Assembly (NCBI RefSeq): GCF_009914755.1
Contig: NC_060941.1
Strand: one strand, 5' to 3'
Source: the human T2T-CHM13v2.0 reference genome, Homo sapiens
DNA length: 64,000 bases
The notes beneath the pieces are model-generated. The model had not been told where the DNA came from, did no database searches, and saw nothing but the letters and a program-made list of their open reading frames with translations. This document shows, one piece after another, positions 1-13,850 of this stretch. The translations under genes and the position numbers were made by a program. Each line of letters opens with the position of its first letter. Positions within the stretch are counted from its first letter, which is position 1.

Positions 1-640
<640 letters not shown>

Positions 641-726
641 CCCCCTCACCCCCCGACATGCATATAATGTTTTGTGTACTTTCTTAAAATTCCTAAGGCA
701 GCCTGTATTCTATATTTGTTTTGCAG

Positions 727-775
727 GTGGAAGATGCAATGCTGATGTTTGATAAAACTACCAACAGGCACAGAG
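727..775 (+). CDS. MSI2: Musashi-2 internal coding exon (49 nt, part of RRM2: VEDAMLMFDKTTNRHR-G); probably exon 7
   Basis: Acceptor ...tatttgttttgcag| (725-726) and donor GAG|gtaaga (776). Translation VEDAMLMFDKTTNRHR(G) is the Musashi RRM2 sequence. From recall, VED rather than VDD indicates MSI2 rather than MSI1. Phase 0 in, phase 1 out. Exon number is from memory. Confidence 0.96.
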
Positions 776-2271
776 GTAAGATTACCCCAGTGTAAGAGGG
801 TTGCGTTCACCCTCTCCTGGCCTCTCTGTCTGTCATCCCCAGTCCCACTGACAAAAGATACAGTGAAGAGTCCAGAGTCAAGCAGGTAGAGGTGACCATC
901 CATTGAAGATCTTTATTCACGGAGAGTCCCAGTAGCACAAAGAGTTCCAGTACTGGATAGCTGAAAAACCATTTCCTTCTGGCCTAGGAACTCCTGTTTA
1001 GTTATGCAGCCATCCCTGACACACATATTCAGATGTACCTCTCTAATCCTGCCTTTCTGGGTCCCTTGCTAACCTCGGCACTAAGCGATCCAAGTGGAAA
1101 TTATTCACAGCAGTGACTCAATTGAGTTATCAATTTGTATTGAAGGAGGTTCTTTAGGAGCAGACTGTCAATCTAAAGAGCCAAAAAATCAAAATAAAAC
1201 ATTGTAGGTTCGTTGGGTGTGTAGTGATTACAGCCTTGGGAATGCTCCGTGGGGCCTCTGGAATGTGTAGAGGGCATCTGCACTTAATTGTGTTTTTCCC
1301 TGTGCTGCTTCTGTCCCATCCACTTTACAAAAAATGGGTCTTAACCTGGAGTCTATGAACCTCTGCAATGACATGCAAAATGTCATATGTTTATACTTTT
1401 CTTGGGTGAAGATCCCTAGGTTTGGACAAATTCTCAAAAGGGTCTCTGGCCCTGCCCTTAGTCTCTTCCTTCCCCAAAAAGAACACATTAAATTTATTGC
1501 TTTAAACAGAAAAATTGGAGGCATCTAGAAAAGTCCTCCCTGGAGGTAGCAGAGTCAAAGGAGGTGATGACTTAGTGTTCTGTTCTCCGGAAGCTCAGGT
1601 TTCTGGGGTTCCTATTAACAGGGTGTTAATGAGCAGAGCTTCCTAAGGGGGTGGCAGGAAATGGTGTGCTGGTGCCCTCAAGGGAGGGAGCCTGTGAGTG
1701 AGCAGCATTTCCTTGCCACTTGGATCGCATTTAGATGTTTCCTGTGTTGTTTACATTCCTGCTGTCACCTGTGATTAGAAACAGTTACCCAGCACTGACT
1801 GTATGTCTTTCCTGTTTGGAGAAGGCAGAGTGAGTGAAAGGCAAGAAGGAGTGGAGTGGGAATCATTGCTGGCGGGGCTGGGAGAAGGAGGGGGATATCC
1901 TGAGTGCGTCTGGTAATCTGGCTTCAAATGCATCCCTCTACAGCATCCTCAGAATGGGAGAATGGAGCACTGGGTGCACAACAGTGGTGTCAAGTGGTAT
2001 TTATGGAGGGAAGAGATGGCAGGGGGTGGAGGGTGGGGAGCAGTGGAGAAGCAGGGAGAGAAAGGAGGGGCATGCAGGTGTGGAATGATCGATTTTGTCC
2101 ACTGCATTGCTGGGGAGTGAGAGCCCAGTGAGTGAGATGAAGGTGGTGCCCGTGGTGGGCAATTGAGGATTATCCTCCATCATCATCCACATTCTGTCAA
2201 TCTAGCTTTATGGTTTCCAAGCCGGACTTCCAGATGCATCTCCTAATGTGACCTTCACAGCAGCCCCTGGA

Positions 2272-2435
2272 GGGTTGTTGTGACATTGGGAAAAATCACT
2301 TAACTTCTTTATGCCTCAGTTTATTCATCTGTAGGATGGGGGTAATCATAGAACCTCCTCACAGGATTGCTCGGAGAGTGTAATGCCAAGCATCTAGTCA
2401 ATTGTGCGTAAATGTTAGCTCTTATTATTAGCGTT
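2272..2435 (+). mobile_element. MIR SINE
   Basis: Core tgtgac..tcacttaacttctttatgcctcagtttattcatctgta...aaatgttagc.attatta. Confidence 0.8.
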
Positions 2436-4657
2436 ATCATCACCTCCGTCCGGTTGGAAAAATAACCAAGGCTCAGAGGAGGCAACTGAGAGACCCATGG
2501 CTGAGCAGGGTCTCAGGACTATTGATTTCAAATTCTGCTGTTTCTCTGCTGTGTCCAGATGGGAATGCATTTGTTAAAAAGAGCACTGCCAGCTATTTAT
2601 TTTCAGGGTGGGTGATGCCCATTTGAGTTTGGCACCTGGTGTTCAGTGTTAGAATTCATAGTCCTGGGAGATTCCAGAGTTGCCCCCAGGTGATACTGTT
2701 GTCCTTTTATTTTGAAAATCAGTGAAAGTATTTTTTGATCTGCTGTGTGTCAAGCCCTGTGCTGGGGGCTCACACTGGTATCGTCTCATTAACTCTCAGA
2801 GCCGGGCAGGGAGAGGGCTGGTCATGGCAGAGGTGGGGTTGAAACACCGGACTTTGGACTTCTGGGTGAAGGCCCAGAGGATGTGCCGGGAAAAGTCCTC
2901 TCTTATTTTTAACCAGATCCCTGTTGCTGTGGGTGAAGCCTCTTCCCTTTTTCCAAAAGGGAGAAAGGAAAGTGCTGGGCCGCAGAGATGGGGTGGCGGT
3001 TCGTCTGGGACGGGCGTGGGAAGAGTTTTTTGCCCGTTGTGAGGTGGAGGATGGTCTGTTGGAAGGCCCGCTGCTCAGAATGGCTTCAGGACATCATTGC
3101 TGGCTCTCCAGGAGTCCTGGTGGGCACTGGCAGGAAGGAGCGTGGGCAGGGCCTTGGTGCATGCACACTCCTGCCCCCAGCCAAGCCAGAACCTCTGCTA
3201 GCACCCTCGGACCTGCCAGAGCTGAAGATGCCTGCAGTGGGGGCAGGACCAACTCTAAAATGTGTGGAGCCCAGAACTAGAGGAAAGGCAGGGCCTCCTA
3301 TTCAAAGATGATTGAGAAGCTGGCCTGAGGGGCTGCAGCCTGTGGAGGGCAGAGACATGCCAGGAAGCCTCAGCAGGGAAGAGCCGCCATCCCACTGCCC
3401 TCCCTCTCATCCAGGGCCCTCCCACTCTGCAATGTCGTTTCTGTGTGGGTGGGAGCAGCGGCCCATACACACGTTCCAACCCCTCAAGATACCGGAGGAG
3501 GCATTTCTCTTTGAACTGGGTGCTAAAGTTGGTGTAATACTTCACTGCATTTAGAACATTGAAGAGAGTGAAAAAAAATTTTTGTTTTTCAAAAAGAAGA
3601 ACATATCACAGCAGAGGCACAGATCATATATATGGAGCGAGCCGGCCCCACATCTGTGGCCTGATGGAGTGCACATTTGGAGTCAGGTGATAAGCACAAG
3701 GAAGTAAAATCCTCATGCAGCCACCTTGCCCCAAACTTACCTTCACCTCCTCGGTTCCTGCTGTCCATGATCTTATCAAGAGGAAAGTGCTGCAGTGGCA
3801 GAAGTTGAGGACATCTCCCTGGCTGGCGCCGCCTCCAGCTCTCTTCTTAAAGAGGCCCAGACCATCGACCCAGAGGTGTTGTCACAGCACATGCTCAGCA
3901 CTTGTCCTCAGACTCCTAGCCCAGCCCTGTGGGGCAGCCTGGGGCCTCAACTCATCCTTACCCCAGGAATTTTGACAGCTACCTGTGTGTCCTTGGAGCT
4001 GTGTGACATGAGCTGTGTGACATTTGCTGCTCAGGGATAACCACAGGGAACTGGGCTTAACATCTGATGAGCATCAGGTGGGCCAGGCTCCCAGGGCCCA
4101 TTCAGTCTCCACTTGCTGTTAGGAGCCACAGGTCAGGGCAGAATTTCCACTCCTTGACCCCACTGGTCACCTCCTGTCCCTGCTCCCTGTTGGTCTCTGT
4201 TGGGGCAGGGATGCCCTCAGTTCCATCTGCATGGCGGCAGCTTGTATCTCCCATCCACAGGAGCACCAGCCTGGGGCTCACTAGTGCCATGGGAGAGAAC
4301 CCAGGACCTAGGAGAGAATGAGCCTCCCGCAATGTATGTCTTCCACCCTGCAAGCAGGAAGAGGGTCCCACGTTCAGTCTTTGACTCACAGTGGGTGGAG
4401 CCCTGGAGATGTGGGGGCTCTCACCTTTCTCCTTGCAGATGGGCCTTCCTCCAGCTTCTGCTGCTCCCATGACATTTTTCCTGGGGGCACATTCCCTGAC
4501 CTCTGAGCATCTCAGGTTCTTCCTCTAAAAAATAAGAGACCTGGGATTGATGAGCCCCAGGACCTGAAGTATGTTTCTGGCCTTTAGCTTTTTAACTGTG
4601 AGAATGTTCAAGATGAATTCCTTTGCTGTTTTTGTGACTAGGGGAGGGAATGGGCAG

Positions 4658-5022
4658 TTGTTGCAGGTTGGGTTCCCTGGGAAGCAACTCTAGGAAGGGA
4701 TTAGCAAGTGGGAGGTTTATCCAGAAGTGCTCTTGATCAGGAGAGGGCAGAGGGAGAAGCTGACTTGCGATGCCCTTCTGTAATGGGGTGGTTCTTCAGG
4801 GGTCCCCAGCTGGGGTGGGAGTGCCATCCTTGATGCCTGCACGCTGGCCTGTCATTGGGTGCAGCCCACCCTGTGAGGCTGATGTGACCTGGGCTTCCCC
4901 TGGGGAAATCCTGGAGGGGACTTCCAGCTGGGGACTATCTTCCAGCAGCACTCCCAGCCACTGGGAAGGAGGTCCTTCATTCCTGAAGGGGATCTAAGCA
5001 TCCTGACACAGCACCCACTGTG
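4658..5022 (-). mobile_element. LTR16-family (ERVL) solo LTR
   Basis: gggttccctgggaagca.actct...attagcaagtgggaggtttat resembles the LTR16 terminus; approximate ends. Confidence 0.55.
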
Positions 5023-5401
5023 ATGGTGTGTGGAGTTCTGTTGCTGTCTAAGCAGGCCATGTTAGCAATCTTGATAGAAACAGCCAACACTTTCTGAGCA
5101 CTTACAACACCAAGTGCTTAGCACAGTGCTGGCACCTACCATTGAACCTTGATGACAGACAGCCATAGGTGAACCGAGCTGCCCAGAGTCTCACACTGGT
5201 GAAAGCAGAGCTGGGACGTAAACCCAGCCTGTCTGACCTGGAGCTCAGGCTCTTACACTCTGCAAGCATTGTGCAAGGTAACTGGTTAAAGCGGAGGAGC
5301 TGGTCATTTTAAGGGTTTGGTATTTCCTCATTTTCTGTCCTTCTCCACAACAGCCTTCTTGCTGGATGACCGTGCTCCTCCATTTCCACTTGGAGAAATT
5401 A

Positions 5402-5813
<412 letters not shown>

Positions 5814-7834
5814 TCACTTCATTTCCTGGCCTTCCATACGATGATTTGTGCCCAGGGGGAGCGGAGAATGGTGGCTTTCCAATCTTCTCAGAGTCACTTC
5901 ATTTGCTCTCTAAAAGTTGTTAGAGGTGGTCTGGAAAACACTGGGCTGATCGTCAATGGATTTAATCATTAGGAGGGGGAAGTTTGTTGCTTTATCCTTG
6001 TAAAAGTCAGATAAGATCTGGGACTTGGCATTAAGTATTGATCCCAAGTGGGGCTGGAGGGGAGGGACAGGGAGGGAAGAGGCAACAAGGTGCTGTCCTT
6101 CCAGTTTGCTCTGTTGTTGGCAGGAGGCCGGGGAGTGGACAGCCAGCGGGAGGGAGGAAGGGTGCACTGGCCAGCTCTCTCTCCAGTGTCCCCACAACCT
6201 CAGCCCTGATGGAGAAAGTGGAATGCGGGCATGTTGCTTGCTGAAATAATCTCACACTCACCTCCTTATGGGGGAAGGGAACCCTCCCCATTGTGAGGGT
6301 CACTGTAGAGGATCCTCAGCTGTCCTTCCCTCCAATTTCAGAGCCCTGGGTTCCTGAGCCCTGCACAGCTGGGTTCCTCCAGGGAAGATCTGGATGGTTG
6401 AGGCCTAGTTGAAAGGAGGTGAGGAGTCTCTGAAGCTAATCCCATAGCCTGGTGAGGGAGTGGTTTCTGGCAGAGGACATCCCTGTGGCCTTCATTACCC
6501 AGCAGGCCTGCTTGCCCTGGAACATTGCCAGAGGCAAAGGAACAGGAGACACGGGGAGAGAAATAAAGATTAGTGTGATGGATGACTCTTCTGCCAGCAG
6601 TTAGCAGTTGCTTATTAAATGCAATGCTAATGGCTTTGGAGAGGAATAACAGCCCTGAGACCCACTGGAAGGGGGTGGGATGGTTTTGTGAGCCCCAGCG
6701 AGCACCATCAGTGGCAGGCCTCTTGAACTAAGAGGGTCCTTTCCCAGAGTGGCTGTGGTTTATCCCAGTTCCTGGGCTGGAAAGGTGCAGTGGTTGGGGA
6801 TCCAGCCAGAGGGAGGAGCATCCAGGCAGGTGGCCGGAGAGCTTGGGTTCTTCCTGGAGCTTGCTCAGTCTCTGTCCCGAAAAGCAGCTGGCCAAAGTTT
6901 AAGGTCTTTGTAATTTGCGTAATCGGTTTATTTATTAAAATGGTGCCAGTAAGATGTAACTTAAGCTGTGATAGAAGATAATGCTTTTCTAAGGAGGAAG
7001 AACAGCCCTTAATGTTTTGAATACCTGCCAGACACTCACTTTTGAAATTGACCTCTGAAGTCCAGATTGACTCTTTTATGTACGATGTATAAAGATGCCT
7101 AAGAATTGCACTGTCATTATTTGTTTATTGGTGTCTATTACTCAAAAAAAAAAGAGGGCATAGAAAAAAGTTTCACAAAGGTGTAGGTTACATTTTAAAA
7201 TAATTTAAAGCATTGCTTCACTTGTAGGTGTGGGATGTCAGACATAATGTATGCATGTCCTTCCTAATGAGAGTCTAACATTCTGACTTTATTTACCTAG
7301 GGAAGAACGTTGGGACTGTATAAGCTGTACATGTGACTTTGTAGGATGGAGGAATAAGTGTATTTGACAAAAACGATCAGACCCTCTGGCCAGAAAGGGC
7401 ACAGTCCAAGAAGAAGGGTTGTTGGAGGGAGTAGAAAGTATGATAAGGATGTGTAGAATCACAGCTGGTGATGACACTTTTGCTGATGTGACAGGAGGGC
7501 AGCCTGCATAAGATTGGCTCCCACGCTGCCCTCGTTTGGGGTCTGGAGCAGGATTTGCTGCCTGTCTTCCCTGCTGGCATTTTACCGGTAGTATTTTCCC
7601 CACCTCTCAAATCTGCTCTTATCTTTTCACTAATTGTTGATGGTGTTAAGTATCCATCAAATCCTCTCCCAAGTCTGAGATGTGTTAAGGGGTTTATTGG
7701 AAGCCTGTAAACCAACAGTTGGTCACTATTGGTATTGATCCTAATTCTGCACCAGGATTAGAAACCACTTGACAAGAAAGCGGACAGTCTGTCATAGACC
7801 ACCACCAACAGCCAGGGTTCCTGGCCTCCCAGAG

Positions 7835-8200
7835 CTTTCAGTTTAGTCCGTAGTGTGATGTAACATGCCAGCTGGGTTCTCTTAGGTAAGTTCAGGGTCC
7901 TAGATGGGGTTAGGTGAAAATCCAGTTCTCTTTCCAGAGTGGACCATTGTTGGGTGGCAGAGGGTGGGGCGGTGGGCAACTGTTTAAGAAAGACATTGAC
8001 CAACAGGAATCTGGGAGAGAATGGTGAGAATGGGGTAGAAACTCAATATGATTGAGTCCAAGAGGTCTTGAGGGGAGTGGAGAGCTGTGATGTGGTCATT
8101 CATTGCAGCCTTTGGGTACTTGAAGAGTTTCCATTGGAAAAGAGTTCTGTGTAGCCTCAATGTTGGGCACACTTGAGTTAGAACAAGGAAGAATCGCCTA
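7835..8200 (+). mobile_element. Possible L3/CR1 fragment
   Basis: gcctttgggtacttgaagagtttccattggaaaagag..ttctgtgtagc resembles the L3 3' region; highly diverged. Confidence 0.3.
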
Positions 8201-9869
8201 GTCCAACAGTGGCAATAAGAGGACAGCCATTGCCCCTCTGCCAGATTCTCAGAACCCAAGGTTCTGTGCCTCCAGTGGGCTCATTCTAAAGCTGGGACTG
8301 TGTGAGGGGGTGGGCATGCTGCGTGCCCACCGTCAGGGGCACACCCGCCTCTTCACTGCCTTGCAGGGCTGTATCCCCAGGCCCTGTAACCTTGCAGCGA
8401 TGGAGGGCAAAGGACGGGGTGGGATAAAGAGTCAGCCCACCCTTTGCCATCTTTCAGAGACCAGCCCCGGAGCTGTCTGCACATTTTATTTTCTCGTTAA
8501 ATAAACACCATTAGCCTTCCTGAGAAATTGGTGCAAACATGACCTCGCAAATAACCAATTAAAAGGGTAGGGTTGAAGGGGAATGTGAATTTGAAAACAT
8601 GTAGAGGAGGCCATTAAGGATTCCTGTAGAATCTGGCAACATCGATCCAAGACCTTAATTTTATTTCTGACAGGAAAGCAAGGAGTGTGCTTTCATTTTT
8701 TTCCCCCGAGTTAACTCAATTCCGGAAGCGCCCATTCCGGCGCTGTCTCTTGAGATATTAATCAACACAGTAGCTTGGTTTCTGTTCACCTGCTCTTCTT
8801 TGGAGACACGGAGTAATACAAAGCCCTCAACTTCCTAGCAACAGGGCTGGGGGACAGGGTGCCCGGGGCAAGAGGGAGCTTGCAAAGCCAGGGGGAGTTT
8901 GGTACCCAGGATGAGCTGCACTTTTTTAGCCAAAATACAAATCTTAAACTTCTTTCCTTTGGAATAAAAGCCCTGGCACCAAAAGGGTGGTGACCTAATA
9001 GGTCTTCCTGCCTCCCCCTGCTGTGGCCCACGGAAGCAGAAAGGGAGTGGGCTCAGGGTCAGCAACTTCACTGACCCAGAAGTGGTTTTTTTGTAGAGAG
9101 GGACAATGAATCTTTTGTTTGGTCCTGTTCCCATAGAGGCCCAGGCTCTGACTCTCACAACATGGTTTAAGATCTCGGTGAGGGCAGAGTGTGGAGATCT
9201 GAAGAGAAAGGAGCTTTTAGCATGGCAGCTTGATTAAAAGCACCCCCTTTCTTAGCATCACGGCACTGCCAGTGGCCGGAGAGGGCTGGGCCAGGGGTCG
9301 CCGCAAGCCCTGGGTGGCTGCCTCCCCGTTGGGACTTAAGGTTCCTAGAGGGGTCCCGGTTATTATGCACCTCTGGACTTCAGCCTCTGTTTTCAGTTTG
9401 TGGATCAGAGGGTGTACGCTATCCCATCTGTATCTGTATATCAGCATGGTATGCTGCAAAGAGCTTGAGTTTTAGAGTTGGTCATACTCGGTTTCAGATC
9501 CCAGCTTTCCCTTGGGCGTGATCTCAGGCAAGTTACAAGATGTTTTACTCCCTTGTGAAGGTAACACACCCGCTCTGTAAGAGTTAAATGATTCCGCTTG
9601 CGAGGTGCCCACTCCCCACTCCCCGCAAGTGGAGAGTGCGGGGCAGCCTGGTTTCTTCCCCCTTCCTCCTTAAGTGAAACCACCTGCTTAACTTCTTTAG
9701 GCAAACAAACTAAAATCTGTGTTTGAGTTTTGGGGACCCTAGTCTTGAAAAATAAAACCCTTTCGTGGTTGTTTTTTCCTCTGCTTTGCACACACACATA
9801 TGCTTGCATGTGCATGGAATATCTTTGAAAGGATGCCTGCAAAATCGGTAACAAGGAGTTAGAACTGCA

Positions 9870-10078
9870 TATTGGTTAAGATCACATGCTCTGAAGTGAG
9901 ACAAATCTAAGCTCTGGGACTTAATAGCTGTGTGACCTTGGGCAACTTACTTATCTTCTCTGCAACTCAGATTCCTTATCTGTAAAATAGGACATTGGGT
10001 TAGCCTGAAGCTTACGTCATTTAATGAGTATAAAGGGTTTGGAACAGTCTCTGCCCATACTAAACACTCAAATATGTT
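9870..10078 (+). mobile_element. MIR SINE
   Basis: agctgtgtgaccttgggcaacttacttatcttctctgcaactcagattccttatctgtaaaat core. Confidence 0.85.
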
Positions 10079-10239
10079 TTATGCACACGTGCATATCATA
10101 TGCAGAGGTACATACATTAAAAACATACATACATAAAAAAGTGTTTGCTCCTTTTTTATGGGGAAGAGAATTAAGCAACCTGAGATACAGAGACGGAGGG
10201 AATCTTTTTATTATATACTCATTTACTTTTTGAATTTTT

Positions 10240-10314
10240 TTTTTTTTTTTTGAGACGGAGTCTGGCTCTGTTGCCCAGGCTGGAGTGCAGTGGCGCAATC
10301 TTGGCTCGCTGCAA
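10240..10314 (-). mobile_element. Severely 5'-truncated Alu with intact TSD
   Basis: Poly-T plus gagacggagtct...gctcgctgcaa; 16-bp TSD TACTTTTTGAATTTTT at 10224-10239 and 10315-10330. Confidence 0.9.
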
Positions 10315-10459
10315 TACTTTTTGAATTTTTGTACCTTATGCACTTATTACCTATTCATTTACTTCTTTAGTGTGAGCTTTTAAAATTTATTCCAATTTGA
10401 ATTGTCAATGCAGTGATAGAACAACGTGAAAGAGACTTTTTGAAAGAAAGAAAATTTAC

Positions 10460-10752
10460 CAGCCGGGCACAGTGGCTCACGGCTGTAATCCCAGCACTTT
10501 CGGAGGCCAAGGTGGGCAGATCACTTGAGGTCAGGAGTTCAAGACCAGCCTAGCCAACAGGGTGAAACCCCATCTCTACTGAAAATACAAAAATTAGCCA
10601 GGAACGGTGGCACGTGCCTGTAATCCCAGCTACTCAGGAGGCTGAGGCAGGAAAATTGCTTGAACCTGGAGACAGAGGTTGCAGTGAGCTGAGGTCGTGC
10701 CACTGCACTCTAGCCTGGGTGACAGAGTAAGACTCTCAAAAAAAAAAAAAAA
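10460..10752 (+). mobile_element. AluS (Sx/Sz-like)
   Basis: Full-length dimeric Alu with A tail. Confidence 0.95.
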
Positions 10753-11379
10753 TTACTCCATCCTAGCACCCTACCACAATAACTATTGTTTGCCTTCTTC
10801 CTGACATGCACATAAAATGTTTTTAAAGTTGGTTGTAACTGTGGGGTTAATATTTGTTGAGTGAGGTGTGGGCTCTGCCTCATCTGAGTTTTCTGTCCTG
10901 CCAGGGACACCTAGGAGTTCCAAACCAGCAAGATGTGATTCAATGCAGCTGAGCATCCTTCACCTCTGAGTCTCCTCTGTCTTTTTGTTTCCATAAACAG
11001 ATGATCTGATGGATAGATGAGGATTTTCTTAGTAGTTTCTGCTCTTCCCAGACAACGTGCTATTATTAGAATAGCCAGACTGGCCCTGGTCTGAAAAAGA
11101 AGCCTGGTTTGCGCCAGTTCATCCAAGACCAGAGGGGAGGAGGGCCAGAACAGGGAGGTCCTCCATCCCAGGAGCTCAAAGTGCTTCGTAATTCAAGTTT
11201 AAAAAAAGTTAAAAGCATTTTTCTACCCCAAGTTATGACTAGTAAACATGTGGGGACCTTACACAGCGTGGCAAATGCAGAATCTTCCTCTGCATTCCCA
11301 TTGTTTATGGCTTAGGAGTCAAGGCAACACCCGGTTAATGATGCTTGTGAAGTGTCTGGGCCATGTGGCAAAGGGATAA

Positions 11380-11620
11380 GAGCTTAGGTCCAGATTCCCA
11401 CTGCAGGACTCACTTTCCAGAGCAACCACTAATCAATTGCTGTGTGACCCTGGACAAGTTACTAAATCTCTCTGAACCTCAGTTTTCTCATCTATTAAAT
11501 GGTGTTAATGTTATTAACTCATGGACTTGGGAAGTTTAAGTGAGATAGTTTATCTGTGTGAAACATCTGATGCTTGGAAGGCTATCTGTAAATGTTAACT
11601 TTGTCATTATCATATTAATT
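11380..11620 (+). mobile_element. MIR SINE
   Basis: gctgtgtgaccctggacaagttactaaatctctctgaacctcagttttctcatct core. Confidence 0.85.
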
Positions 11621-11754
11621 ATTGTTATTTTACTACTAAGAATACTGTGACTGTCATTACTTCGGGAATGGAGGCTCAGGCTTGCTGATTGGAGAGAATG
11701 TTAACACCCTAGATGGCTGCTGGCAGATGCTGTCAAGTTTTCCACCTTGAAGGG

Positions 11755-12240
11755 TGTTGTGGGCTGAATTTTGTCCTCCAAAAGCATAAGTTGAAGTCCT
11801 GACCCCTAAAAGATACCCCCAAAAGAAGTCCTAACCCCAAAAAGATAAGTTGAAATACCTCAGAATGTGACCTTATTTAGAAAGAGGGTCTTTGGAGGTG
11901 TAATCGGGTTAAGAGGAGGTCTTAGTGGAGTGAACTGATCTCACCATAGTCCTTATAAGAAGGAACATGTGAAGAGAGAGACACAGGGAGATGGCCACAT
12001 GACCTCAGAGGCAGGGACAGGGGCAGTGCGGCTGCAAGCCAAGGATTGCTGACCACACCAGAAGCTAAGAGAAGAGCCTGAAACAGATTTTCCCCTGAGC
12101 CTTCAAGAGGGCATGGCCTTGCCAACACCTGGATTTCAGATTTCTAGCTTTCAAAACTGAGACAGAATAAGTTTCTGTTGTTTTAAGCTCCCCCCTCCCA
12201 TTTGTGGTAGCTTGTTACGGCAGCCCTAGGAAAATAATAG
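11755..12240 (+). mobile_element. MLT1 (MLT1C-like) MaLR solo LTR
   Basis: Begins tgttgtgggctgaatt..gtcc, contains aatgtgaccttattt.gaaa.agggtcttt, ends ttgttacggcagccctaggaaaataata. Confidence 0.88.
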
Positions 12241-12502
12241 GGCAAAGCAGAGTTTCCTGCCCAGTATGTCCCCTTGCTCACTACTGGCCTGCAGTCCTGG
12301 TGGTCAGACTTATCCTTCTCGCTCTGTGCCTTGCTAGTCACAACCCCCCTCAGCAAAATGATGTGCAAGAGAAGTTAGAGAAAAGACCTTTCATGCAACT
12401 GAGAACACAGCCCCCGAAGCCTGACTTGGTTCACACCTTGCCCAAGTCTAATTTGCCAAAGACCTTGAAAGTGACCTTAGGATGTTAAAGATACATTTTG
12501 GT

Positions 12503-12529
12503 AGAGAGAGAGAGAGAGAGAGAGAGAGA
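12503..12529. repeat. (AG)n microsatellite
   Basis: About 13 perfect AG units. Confidence 0.95.
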
Positions 12530-13850
12530 CACTTCAAGAAGTCTGAAGTTTACATTTTAATTTAGTGGCCTGCAGGGCTCAGTCATTTCTTTATAAGCCA
12601 AGGAATAACCAGTACAGTTATGAGTTGTCAGAATTCCCAACTCCAGCGACACAAACCATACTCATTAGAGTGGCGTTTCTAGCTGGCTCATTCAACTTGG
12701 CAATTCAGGGAAATAATCCAGAAAAAGAACGAAAGGAAGAAAAGGAAGGAATTCAGGAGAGCTCATGTGTATGACAACATGCACCCTGGCATCCCTATAT
12801 ACCTGCCTCCTTTCTATCCTGAAAAAAAATAAGAAAACAGCAAGACAACACTGAACTTCAAAAGCTGCCAAACAGACTTCTTTATTTCTTTATGTTGTCC
12901 CAGAAGCTCTTTCAGGCAGGAACATTTGCCAATTCAATCCTGGAGTGAATTTTTAAGCTAAATTAATGCAGTTGGGGGTCAAAATGGCAACACCTACAGG
13001 TCTTCAGTTGTAAGGACACCGGTGGGCACAGCAGTAATTGATCATTATAGCACTCATGTGGATGTGCTTCTCTTAATCCCCTGGTTTGGTTGGCAAACCA
13101 AGTAGTGTATAAAAATCACTGCCATGATTTTAAAGTGATCAAAGTTGTACACCTTTGAGCACTCCTTACGCATTTGAAATTTCTCCCTCAACTTGCCACC
13201 CATCTTGGTATCAGGAAATAACTGAAAGTGCCTTCTTCCCCCTGAATGTGTCCAGCGTTGGTGCCTGCGTTCTAGCACCCTAGGCAAAGCTGGCGCCTCT
13301 GCACCAGATCTGCAATGTGCGTACGCAATGCTGACATCCGATTTATTATCTCGGAGGGCTGGGCTGGTTCATGGATGATTCATGACTCTGCTTTCCACTG
13401 CCGCTGGAGGTGACATCATCTATTCGGGACCCAGAATAGACACAGGAGCAACAGTGGGCCGTGTTTTGTGTGTCTCTCACCAGCCCTGGGCTCCCTCCCA
13501 CTTGCCACCCCGCTGCTGGGTGTTCATTGAGTGAGAATGGTGGTGACCCAAGGAGTCCGTCGGAAATGTCTTCTTAGTGGAAGGTCATAAATGTGTTTCA
13601 ACACTGTTGCACAATAAAGCAGAGAAGGGACCTTTCCCAAAGTTCATCTCTTCCCTTACGTTCTTCTAGTTGGAATTTAGATTTCACTGGCAACCCAAGA
13701 GCTGCTTCACTCTGTGGCCGACTTTGATTTTCTCATGTAGAGACAGGGTTGGTTAGGAAAGTCTGGCTGAGATAATTTATCCCACAGCCTTAGCATTGGT
13801 CACCCTGCATGATGACTGATTAATGTCATGTTAGATGTTGGAATTGGATC

